Part shown: in pieces, positions 41,682-54,100 of the stretch | Layout of the letters: each line of letters starts with the position of its first letter | Position numbering within the stretch: the first letter of the stretch is position 1 | From: Phoronis australis | Taxonomy: Eukaryota > Animalia > Phoronida | Direction: 5' to 3' | Assembly (NCBI GenBank): GCA_002633005.1 | Contig: NMRA01000676.1 | Location: forward strand, 1-64,000 | Length of the DNA stretch: 64,000 nucleotides | Translations under genes and position numbers: made by a program | The notes under the pieces: model-generated | The model's input: only the letters and a program-made list of their open reading frames with translations | The model's database searches: none | Told to the model about the DNA's origin: nothing

Positions 41682-42474
41682 AACAAAACAAAACGATGGG
41701 ACATTAAACATTTTGTCATTTTAATTCATGAGCAAACATTGCTCAGTTGTGCCATCATTCATTCCTTCCCATTTCCAGTTACCAAAACCCAGCTGGTCAT
41801 TAATACACTCTAATCAAAAAGAACCACAAGATTCATTAAACCCATCAGTCCTTCAGTCCTGACTTTGGCTCAGACTGACAAATGGGTAAAGGAACAAACA
41901 TGTTAAACCCTGGGTAAACACTGCACACAGACATGTAGGAGATAATATCGTGGATACTATGCGTGTTTAGCCATGAACCACAGCGCTTCCTGGCTGAGAT
42001 GGTAAATCTACCTGATAATCTCAAAAGACTAAACACCAATTTACGGATTGTCATAATCTATAAAAAGCTACACACATGTAAAATTAAAAACAAGGAAACT
42101 AGGACGTAAAATTCTTGAATCTAAAATGTAGGGTGTAGTTCAATATTGGTTCTAAATTCTTGCTTCAAAATGTTAAGACTACAAAGCCACAACTTAATTA
42201 TCAACTAGTAATTTTAACCACCAACACAGTACCATATGATCATGACATGAAATTGTCAATGAATTCATAGTCCCCATAACAAAACAAAAATATTTAAAAA
42301 CACAACTCTGTTGTCCGATTGTAGAGACAAATTTCAACAAACACAGTTAAGTGCAACATATGCTTGTGAAGATCAAATTGACATTTTACTGAAAATTGAA
42401 AGATACTTGTACTCTGGAACCATTTTAAGACTGTAGACATTACAAGAAAATAGCTTTTAAGCTAATTTCTTGTA

Positions 42475-42518
42475 ATTAGGCTGGTGAAGCACCTTAAAAG
42501 GTGCTTCACCAGCCTAAT
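42475..42518. repeat. Perfect 44-bp palindrome (21-bp arms, 2-nt loop)
   Basis: ATTAGGCTGGTGAAGCACCTT-AA-AAGGTGCTTCACCAGCCTAAT. Confidence 0.9.
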
Positions 42519-43446
42519 AACAATCTATATAGAAAAGTAACAGTTGCGAAAAAAAAACAGTTAGGCCAACAAAACAACATTTCTAACTAAAAAATCCTGC
42601 TTAATGTGAAACTCACTCTCACCCATTTTCTCCCTAAAGACTCTCACCTACTGGAAACTAAACCTTGTGCAAACACAATACAAAACCTCCATGTTTATAT
42701 TTCTTATTCTCAACTTGCAAGGCTATTGGTTGGGTTGTGTTGAGCATAATTTGAACTGTATTGTTTGGAATGCCATTTAGCAACCAGCTAATACCACAGG
42801 ACAAGAGATTTCTGAATTACAGCTACACTTGAAATTGTTAAGAGATCCCTGCTACTCACAAAAGGTGCAATTTTCACAGCTGGCTTACATTGAGTGTTTG
42901 TAAGTTTCAGGAATGGCATCAAATGATTTGGGAGAGGTAACACAAGGGTCAGAAACACACAAAATAAATTAAAATCAACTGTTCCTATAAACTTGTATTT
43001 GGCAAAGAAGCGAATTTTTGACTTACATCGCCTACCACAGTTTTGTGTGATTTCTCAGTAATAAATGCAAAGATCTAATGCTTAACCATTAAATGACTCA
43101 TAAAATAACACAACAACTTATACACCCTGCCCTGTCACTTCTTTTGAAACCCTGAAATCACCTCATATTTGACAAGGAACAAATGTCAAAATCAAAAGGT
43201 GTTTTTTTGACATAGAAGATGGTTTCATAGCCCCTGAAATTTTTGTTGGGCCTAAAAATACATCAGGATTCATATCACAAGTAACAGAACATGTTCTGCA
43301 ATGAAGCAAATTTTGATGGAAGGCAACATTTTTACAAATATATTTTGAAGGTTGACATTTATACTAGCCATCTTTGGGCTGAAAGGGCCGACAATGTTTT
43401 GGGGCTCACAGTCTCATATAGGTCATTGGCTCAAATGCCAGATTGA

Positions 43447-43472
43447 TATATATATATATATATATATATATA
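43447..43472. repeat. (TA)n microsatellite
   Basis: About 13 TA units. Confidence 0.9.
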
Positions 43473-44943
43473 CTTGTAATTACACTGAAAAAGAAACTTC
43501 TTCCTAACAGTAGATTTCTCTCAACTGGGTAACTTGGGACTTTTAAGGAACCTCAGTGATAAGAAGTTATTTTCTTTCAAAGAATATCTATTATCTAGTG
43601 ACGACCTGTTTTTGTTTTTTTAAAATTGGGACGGTATTAAGGACTGCCTTGTGTAGTAGACTGTACTGCGAATGAGGTGGAAAAGGTGAGATACTTTGGA
43701 AACAAGCCAGACAACTAGCTGTATGGAAACTAACGTCAAAGATACTCTTTTCATGCTAATGACAAGGTTACTGGATAATGTGCAGTGAATATTGTGTGAA
43801 ACAAAATTATACAGTCTCAAGAAAAGGGTAACATTGTTCGACACCATGGTGTGAACAGTTATAAGTCACTAAGTACTTTTTAAATAGTACGTAAGTTGGA
43901 TTCATGACTTCGGAAGTTTAAGAACTCTGAGTTGCATGAGGTGATATGTGACAACCTGAGTGATGGGCATTATTCAGTGGAAGTAACTATACAGTTCTCA
44001 AATCAGGGACCCAGCTATGTATCTGACTGTTACCGTGCAGGAAATACAGCATCCATTGAAATAAACCAGATAGAATGACATGACATTTAGCCAGAAACTT
44101 ACCTTGAATATCAAGGTGTACACGACAAACACCTGGATGAACAGTGGACGAATGGGATTATCCGTGGCATGTAAGTCTGCTTCTGTGCTCAACGTATACT
44201 GATCGAGAATTAAATGACTTTTTAATTTAACAACTGTCTCGCAACTCTCGATCTAGGCAGACATTTTCAGAGTTCATTGTTTTTTGTACGTGAAGAAGCT
44301 AGGGGGTGCAAGGGAGTGACCCCCAGTCATAAATTTGGGGATAGCACCACACTCAACTAACATTAGTATCCATACATTTTTATCTCCTCATCATACCTCA
44401 TGACATATCTGTTCAGCTGTTATTACAAATTAGTGTTGTCACAGTCTTTGATGAGGGATATATAGGCAAATACGTGACTTAAACGAGCAGGGAATACACA
44501 TATGTTTCGTTCACCATTAGAAAAACCTTCATATCCCTATCTTGTTAAAATTTTCATTCATTGAATCTTGGTTTCTTTTCGCCTGACCTACGGCTACTGG
44601 AGTGGAATTTTAATTGCCCGAAATAATCTTTCAACCCGGCAATCAATTTCATTTTTGGGAAAACAAAATATCTAGAAGGTTAAAAGACACTAATACAGAA
44701 AATGAAAACAACCTTACCCAATGACAAAGTTTGATGTCATAGCCATAAACGAGGTTTTCCGAAATCTAAAGGCAAACTCCCTTGAGTAAATACTCATATT
44801 CTAACTGTAAATACAGTGCATGACTACAACAAACTTTTGTTAGGCAGGAAGTACACTTTGAACTATGAGGATTATGGGACTTTTACCCTAAATGTGCATA
44901 AATAATATTAGACGACACATGAATAAGAAAAACGAGATATCGT

Positions 44944-45063
44944 CCAATCAAAATGAACCACGCTCGTTTGGTTGACCTTCTCACAACCTTTGACTTGGAG
45001 CTTTCTTATTGGTCAAAAATTCCAAGCGTGTGGAAATTTCATTGGTGGATTAGACAACATTGG
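44944..45063. promoter_or_regulatory. HSP90B1 promoter with an ER-stress-response-element (ERSE) cluster; probably bidirectional
   Basis: Perfect ERSE CCAAT-N9-CCACG on + (44944-44962). Two 1-mismatch ERSEs on - (CCAAT-N9-CCAAG at 44994-45012; CCAAT-N9-ACACG at 45027-45045). An extra ATTGG at 45059-45063. All lie 100-220 nt upstream of the GRP94 ATG. Confidence 0.85.
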
Positions 45064-45161
45064 AAAACCCCTCTCATTTCCTCTCTCATTTTCTCCGGTT
45101 TCGGACATCGTGGTGTTGTATTCTGCTGAAATTTATCTACATTTCAGCCTGAATTACCATC

Positions 45162-48100
45162 ATGTCAAGGAAAATAGTGTTCGTAGCTCTCATAGCACTT
45201 TTGTGCTTATCAGGTGGGTAAAATTGTGAGGTTTATAGATTTTATGTCTTTACGGAAGATTAGACAATCGCTGCAAAAGTCGTGCAGTGATGGGAATAAT
45301 CCACTGACTGACGTTCCGTTGTTCAGTGATTGCGTGGTTCTCTGGTGCTGTTTAATGCTAGCCCTATATTTGTTCAGTGTTGACTGTCTTCATGTTCATT
45401 TGAATATATGAGAGTTCAATTTTTATTCAATTTCAATGGTGGCTTTGCTAAGTTTTGCAATCCACCATTGCCTTGGCAATGACATTGCAAAGTCAAGTCA
45501 AGTATACTAGACAGTGAGTGAGTGACCACCTTCCTACTGGCACCGCTAGTAGAGACAGTGGAGCTCCTATAGTCGCTTCATATGCCGGAAGCTTTTCGGC
45601 GAGTTATGCCTCGCACTGACTAAAACGTTGTTATAAATCCCTTTTGGGCATAGATGCCATAGAGGGACACCTTAGGAGGCCATCCTTCCAACTCGAACAA
45701 ATACTCCCGTCATCAAACTTTTTCTTCAAGCAGTCCCTCGTTCAGTTCTCAAAATCAGTAGCTCGACATTTTTAACACTGCGCACATCAAGAGATAGGAC
45801 GTCATACCTGCTGCGCGCAGTTTTGAAAATGATGAGTTACCGATTTTTTGAACTGAACGAGGGACTGCTCGAAGAAAAAGTTAAAAATAGAAGTATAGTT
45901 GGACGGAATTAAATACATCGATGGCCCCCTAAGGTGTCCCTCTATATGCAAAAGTTGTTTATTACAACGGAATTTTGATGTTTTAGTCAATGCGAGGCAT
46001 AACTTGCCGAAAAACTACTGGCGTATGAAGCTCCTATAGGAACTCCACAGTCTCTACTGGCTGTCTATCCAAGTACATACATGTGTGCAAATTAACACAG
46101 ACCATTCTGACTTATACAATACTGAATTTACACTTTAAAGTGTACTATCCAACATATATTACCTCAAGTTTCATCCAAGAAAGTCAACACAGATTTAAAG
46201 GACTGGCTAATTTCTTCAATGACCAGAATTTAATCAACCAATCATTCCTCAGGACCCGCGTTTCAAATACCCAGCCTAACCATTGACTGTGTTTGATGGC
46301 TGTTGTTATGCTCTGGTTAATTGTTTACTAGTAAGTCTTGAGATTGTCCTTGAATTTACTTCATCGTCTTGTAATTTTCAAATTTGCATTCACGTCTCAT
46401 CTTTGAAGTCACAGCCCTCGAGTTTTGTTCCTTGTATCCGGCACCACCATTAACATCACTGTGCAATACTAATGAAACAAAGGTTAGACACTAAAATTAG
46501 TCTTCCCAGAATTTCCTTGTCAAACATGTATGGAACCCTATGAAATCAGTATTGAGGCATAATTCACTGAAAAGCTTCCAGCATATGAAGCTCCTATAGG
46601 AGCTCCACCATCTCTACTGGGCCAGCTAGAGACAGTGATCACTGTCTACACACCTAGTATGACCTGAGAATCTTTCCTTTGCTCTACTGCCGAAAACAAG
46701 TTATCGTTTATGCATGTAATACCGATTGATTTTAATTCAGGGCTTGGAATTTTCCGCGGAAACGCGGATTTCCGTTTTTTTCAAATGTGCTGTCCGCTTT
46801 TTTTATTATATTTCTGCGTAAAAAATCTGATTTGATATAAAATTTCCGCAGCAAATTCCTTTCTTACCGCGGCGTCGCAAACGACATTCACCTCGAAAAG
46901 CGGAAGTTGCTCTTTGTGTTTCGGAGGAACGTAAATTGTCAACATTGCCGGGCCACCTGGGACAGCGTGGTGGGATTTTCAATGGCGTCTCGTGTTATTG
47001 TTAAGCGCGGTGACAAATACTACCGCTCTGCAGCCAAAAATGTGTGGGGTTGGGAGTGGACGGGCGAGCTAAGAGCTAAAAGGACGCAGACACAAGGTAC
47101 TGATGGCGGTAACGTTTTTTTTTTCTTTAGTCCTCCCGATTTTTGTCGAGGAAAGGTTCACAGTGACCAGATTTGGGCCGTAAAAGTTTCCGCGTTTTTT
47201 GTCATTGGTCATTCCAAGCCCTGTTAATTACACGGCCTGCATTTCTGTTATTTGTTCTGCATTTCTGTTATTTGTTCTGCATTTCTGTCCCACAATGATG
47301 ACCGTATTGCATACATATGAATGTCTGCCATGATGGAAAACATGCAGCATACGTCTGAAATAAAGTTGCAGATATTAAATGGTCTTTCGTTATAACGATT
47401 TAGGTGATTTCGTTGAACTATCCAGTTTGAAGCTGAGACTGTGAGACAAATGGAATTTGTGGCATTCTGATTGCAGTTAACATGTACTTCTGAGTCACAT
47501 GTGAATATGTTAATAAAAAGAAGGTTACGAACTTGTGCTGTAGGTTATCAAAATATCTAAACTGCGTTTTCCGGAATATGTCTTGAATCTTGTTCTGAAT
47601 TAAATACAGCTTAGTTTTTCACAGAAGTTGTGTAACGATATAAAGTATGATATGACACTCCAAAGCCATTCCGGCCACAGTTCTTTGTGACTGCAGTGAT
47701 GACCTCCATCCTGACATGCCTTGGTAGGTCTTATATCAACAATTTGTGTGTCTGTTTTGTAGGTCTGTGTAGAGCTGAGGAATCTGAGGATTCACCAAAA
47801 GTTGAAGAAGATGTTGGAAAAAGTAGAGACGGATCTAGGACTGATGATGAAGCCGTCCAGAGGTACGTTTTCAAAAAAAATCCAGGATGTTCTCCCTCCC
47901 ACCATTCTGCTTAGGTGCAAGTAGATCTAATTGATATTTTTGTGTTTCCATGTTTGGAAGTTCCATTCAAGAATTTTTAGCTGTTGGTAAGTAATGTCAC
48001 GATTTGTTGTGTTTGAACACAAACTAACTTGGATCTGTATGAACCTGAAGGGTATCTTATTTGACCATTGCATTGATGTAACGGAATTGCCATGTGAGTT

Positions 48101-51100
48101 GTTCTTGTGCATTGGATTCTGTCGTCAGGTCGTCATTGCCTGGGATTCTAGTATAACCATTACAGAGGTAATTTTGGGCCTCACTGTTAGCACATGAAAG
48201 CCAGTGAACAACATGTAGATTCTGAATTCCTGGGATCCGCCCAGGGCATCTTCCCTAAACCAGTCTTTATATGTCCTGCTAGGGGGGAGTGAGGGGTGCT
48301 GCCAGTGGCATTAAACATTGACTTGTGCTGCGGATGTTTGAATTGACTTCTGGAAGTGTAAGTTTAAAACATGCCTTATTTTTCAACTTGACTGAAAAGA
48401 CAACGTATTTAATTTTGAAATTGAAATTTCGATATCGCCTAGATCTCTAGTGATGCTGTTGTAGCTGTGAAAAACTAAAACTCACGTTTACCTTTCACCA
48501 GAAACTAGTCTACTGCAGTCACATGTGTGGCTGCTTTTGACTATTGCATTGACCTGCACAAGGTTAGTGTAACATCAAATGATCAATTGTAACCAAGCAA
48601 AATTCCTGGGTCGTCAAACGGGAGCGGGAGCCAGAATTGCAATAAACAATATATCTGACAAATTTCCAAATCAATCAACATAAATTTAGTGACATCTAGC
48701 GTGCTGGTTGGCGATCGTTTTCTTCCTTTTGAATCTAATGCACCATGTGAATACCAACCTTCTTGGGGCTACGAATACTATGGGACCTTTCCATTTTTTG
48801 CCAGATGATTGCGATATCCGTCTGTTTACTATCCGTAATATTTTGAATGCAAGCTCCGATGTGGCGTGACGACCTGGGATCTTAGGTCACATTAGCTACC
48901 CACAGCTCACCAAATCTAGCGCTTACTCATTGAAAAAATAGATAAAAAAATTCAAGCAGTCCTGTTGTAAAAGCAAGCCATGGGTAAAGAAAGCTGTTTA
49001 ACATATTTTCCCAAAAAGCACAGTAGTCTTATGCTAATTATGAAGACTTTGATAAGGGATGCTCTGCAAGATGATCATCTTTGGTATCGCAAGACAACTT
49101 GTGCAGCAGGGTCATCCATAGGTCATTTAAAAAAATGAATTTATCTTGTCAATGAATTGCTTTATTACTCTTTAATAATGAATTTGCATAGCAGAATGTC
49201 TTGAGCAGTAATAACCCTGTTTTGGGCTACACTGGGACTTGATAGCCCACTGTTTTAAAATTCTGGAATGAACCCTGCATTGCCTGAACACTAGCACTGT
49301 CACCAATAGCTAGTTGTTTGAATGGTTGCGAGGGTTTCCTTTGCTGCCGGTTTGAGTTGTTTGCCAATACTGCTGGCGTTTTTGCTATCACTTGTGTAGC
49401 TAGATTGCTTACTTTCAAAGTGCTCACAACCTCCAGGGCTGGCAGTCACAGGTATTTGGGTAAACTGCCAGTGTTTTGTCTTAAAAAGCAAAAGTTACTG
49501 ATAACTTTTTAAGACAGATAAAAAACAAGTTGTAAAATGTACTCAGGTCTTAATTTTTCTAAAAGTTCTGCTGTTTTATTAGGTCTTTTAAGCCTAGTCA
49601 AGGGCTTAGATTAGAATTGGTGAAATTGAATCTGCGTCTTCTCCTTGGTCTGACGTCACTTCTGTTGAAGGGACAGATGTTGGGAACAGATTTCATGGAC
49701 AAACATCTGTTTTTACCTCAGCCCTGTAATATACTACCCACAATTATTGGTTGGAGCTGGTTACTGTAATGACCCTGCCAACATAAATATAGTCCTTGTG
49801 ACGCACCTGGCAAGCTCGAGTTGTAATGAGGTGTAGTGGCATATTGCCCCTGTGTACATGTCATGTCAAGTTTGCATAGTTTACCTCTAGATGTAAAATG
49901 CGCACTAAAGCTCATTTACTTTGCTGTTCTTTTTGCCCTTGACATCTCTCTACTTAAGCAGCTGGTAGTAATTTGTTGTGTTACGTCAGTTTGACACCTG
50001 GGGGTTTAACATAACACAACCTGCTATATGTACCAACTGCATTGCTCTTATTATTATTAATAGTCATAAAGTTTATTTCTGTTGGTGTCTGATCAGAACA
50101 GTGTCCGCCAAGCCCGGAGATAGTAGTGTGAATTGGCTCANGGGTGATTTCATGTGGGATGACCCAATTATTGGTTGGAGCTGGTTACTGTAATGACCCT
50201 GCCAACATAAATATAGTCCTCGTGACGCACCTGGCCAGCTCGAGTTGTAATGAGGTGTAGTGGCATATTGCCCCTGTATACATGTCATGTCAAGTTTGCA
50301 TAGTTTACCTCTAGATGTAAAATGCGCACTAAAGCTCATTTACTTTGCTGTTCTTTTTGCCCTTGACATCTCTCTACTTAAGCAGCTGGTAGTAATTTGT
50401 TGTGTTACGTCAGTTTGACACCTGGGGGTTTAACATAACACAACCTGCTATATGTACCAACTGCATTGCTCTTATTATTATTAATAGTCATAAAGTTTAT
50501 TTCTGTTGGTGTCTGATCAGAACAGTGTCCGCCAAGCCCGGAGATAGTAGTGTGAATTGGCTCAGGAAAACACAGGGCTTACTGTATAAATAGCCAGGCT
50601 CTATCTACTTACTGCTTTGCCTGGCTTGCCATTTAAGGCTTTCTGCCTTGGTGCTGTACTGTGTTCTTATACATGCAGACAGGAAAATGAGTGTTTTATG
50701 AACGCTGGTCTGATTTGTGACTGAAATATTAAGTTATCTGCAAAAGTATTCAAGTGATATGATATGAAAACATTAAGGTTATGTTGGACCGTGTTGACAA
50801 GACGGCATATTTAGGAAAATATTTGCAAAACAATAGATTTTAACTCTGTCAAAGTAAGTATTTTTCAAAAAAAGTAGAAAGCATGTTAAATTGGATTCTT
50901 TGGGTTTTTTTTAATCTGTCATTTATTGGATGGTTTTTATTGAAGTTTGCAAAAGTTGGAATTTTTCAAATAATTCTTAACAGTGTTTTCGAGAACATTG
51001 CATAAGCCACTGATAATATCTGAGTTTCATATGAATCTGACTAGCCATTTCTGAGATGTTCTGTTCCTAAGCTGGCCACATTTGAGCATTTTTCTGTTGT

Positions 51101-54100
51101 CCTAAGCAATCTTTGTGACCCATGATTATTGCATTATCAAAGTACGTAAACACACAGTTAACGGACTGCTAAACACGGTGTCTGATGCAAAAACACGAGT
51201 CCGGTACCTGCAAACACGGTTCACTGGCTCGTATACATGTGATCAGACTCACCCAAAATACACTGCCACAAACTCAAAAACACAACGTACGGACTGCCAA
51301 ACACGGTTCACTCCAATAAAGCGTGTAGAATTCACGGTCAGGAACTCATCGGCTTCCCGGGCAAGTGGTTAGAAATAGTGATTATTATTGTGGAGTTAAA
51401 AACAGTCCATGTCCTTTTGAGAAGAAAGTAGAAGGTAACGGAAGTCGTTAGTATCACTTTCAAAATTGAGAATTGACGATACAAAAAGATTTTGGATGCC
51501 AATAAATTATGGAGCAAATAAGCAGTTTAAGTAAAAATAATGTTTACTGTTTCTAATTCACAACAATTACATCACATTACAGGCAAACATATGATCAAAA
51601 TTGTATGTAATCTCGCACCCATTACACAACTGTCGAAGCCGATATTTACATTTTATTACTAAACCATGTTGGGCGGTCTGTGTACTGTGTTTCTACGTGA
51701 ATGTGTGTCTATGACCATGTATTTTGGGTGAATGATTTGTGTTTTGTGAGTCCGATCCCGTGTATGTGAGTGTTTGCAGGTACGTGAGTGGTGTTCCGCG
51801 TCCGACACTGTGTTAAGCAGTCCGCTAACCGTGCAGTTTAGGTACCTTGATCATCATGCGCGACAAATGCCCTCGATTAAGTATACAAGATGGCTCACCT
51901 GTGGAATTTTATTTTGACACATTTCTCTACAAAAATAAACTTCATCATTAGCACAATTTATATTGAACAGCTATCGAAGAAAAAACTTCATAAAATGCTG
52001 ACCAATTTTACTATTTTTGTAATTGAACAGATTAGGTATCAAGGTTTTCCTAATCAGGCTGTTGCTTAGCAACTAAAGAACTAGTGATTGGTTAGAAGAG
52101 CATGTTTTAGATGTCTGAACTTCTTAAAAGCCAGAGTGCATTCCTTTTAATGTTGTGATACTGACTCAGTTTTTATCTTCTAGACAAATGCACTGGAATT
52201 TAAAAGTTGCTTGTTTTGTTTTCTTATTAAGTGAGAGTTAAATTGTCTGTATACAGTGCTTACAGTAAAGATAATCTCTAGTGCGATAGTGGGATTTGGG
52301 TTTGAGGCTAATTACCTTCCCTGAATTGGAGGATTCTTTTTGGCGGCTGTGACAAGGGCATGATTAAGATTCTGTTACATATCTTGTTAGGGAGTAGTTA
52401 ACTACTTTCCCGAAAATATTCTGTTTGTCCTTTAGGTATAAAGTGTCCAAGTGCAAAAGTTCCCTTCACGCAGGTTTATCAGGGTTAGAACTGGATCTTA
52501 GTCTCACAAGCTTATTTTTGAAACGTGAAGCAAAACCATGTAAAGATAAAACCTTTTCACTGGTTCGCAACACTACATTAAATGTTTGCGTGGTTGGTTC
52601 AAATCCTGCACTGCAGCATATTCAAACTGTGCTCTATGCATTTTCTAGGGAGGAAGAAGCCATCAAACTAGATGGGTTGAGTGTAGCCGAGATGAAAGAG
52701 CTACGGGACAAAGCTGAGAAACATACATTCCAAGCTGAAGTGGACAGAATGATGAAACTCATTATTAACTCTCTCTACAAGAACAAAGAGGTAGGGTGAA
52801 TTTTTCGAATTGATATCATGTTTTGTTTTGTTTAGTACTCGTTCTTTAGCTTTTGAATACCTTTTAAATACACCCGACTTTGGCATTTCCACATTCCTAC
52901 TGCTTAAGTCATGGTAGAAGTAGGAAAGTAAAGTTATACTTGACGTACCCCAATCTGCTATTGTTTGTGTTGATGAAGAGCACGTTTGTTACATGACATA
53001 CCATCAGCTATTGAGCCACTCTACTGATTTTGGACACGGGCCAGGGCCCTGCCATTTTCACACCCAAGATTTACTGGCAGCTTTCATGCAGCTTTGTAAC
53101 CATATTGTTATATGTTCACCTGTAGTTACAAAGTTAAGCAGTTAGCAAGTTAAAACTTGGAAACCATCCAGCATTAACATCTGACATAATGAATGTTTAA
53201 GAATGATAAGCATTTGATCTTGAGCATCTGAATTGAAACATGTTGAAACTGTGCTACCGCTTGCTTGTTTTGTTATTACCTACCATGTATTCATGTGAGG
53301 TACTGTTGGTTCGTGTCTATTAAGTCTCAACCTGTGACCGGTTCACTGACCTTGATTCTAACCACCAGATATGAGCAACGTAGAAAACCATCTGTCTAGT
53401 AAAAGTCTAGAGTTCATCATCTGGCTCATTTCAGATCTTCTTAAGAGAGTTGATCTCCAACGCCTCAGATGCCCTAGACAAGATTCGCTTCTTGTCTCTA
53501 ACCGATCCTGATGCACTGAAAGGCAATGAAGAATTAACTATCAAGATTAAGGTAACAATTTATTGCAGGTGATACTGATTTTGGGCAAATGTGGATTTTT
53601 TACAAAGTAATTTACCTTCTCCTTATTTAATTTTAATGCATGTAAAAAAATTCCAGTTCATGCCTGAGTATCTATTTTTCGCTTTGTCATCATTGTTTGA
53701 TATGTTTTTGTCCATCTTTGCTTCTTCTCATTTTCTATATTTGTAAGCCCACGTAAATTAAGTGTCTCATTTCCTGGTTCTATGAGGGTTGTATGCATTT
53801 TATTTTGGCAGGTTTCATTTTTACTTTCATTCACAATATATGTATTGTTTGTATTGCTTTATAAAATAAATCAATCAACTTAAAGTAATTTCCCTAAGCA
53901 CAAACTCCCAATCAATGGAGGTTAGTAATTATGATTTCACATGATAGTCTTATAATGTTAGTTTTTCAATTGACAGGCTGACAAAGATAACCATGTTCTA
54001 CATGTTACTGACACTGGTGTCGGCATGACACGTAATGAACTTATCAACAATCTCGGTACTATTGCCAAGTCAGGAACCAGCGAGTTCCTACAGAAGCTTG

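Noticed and set aside
47295-47358. Possible C/D-box snoRNA (ATGATGA...CTGA) in HSP90B1 intron 1
   Set aside because: No terminal stem and no rRNA-complementary guide that I can recognise; such boxes arise by chance. A snoscan/Infernal run would be needed.
52560-52620. tRNA/SINE-like B-box (GGTTCAAATCC)
   Set aside because: No cloverleaf or convincing A-box; it lies just upstream of an exon acceptor.
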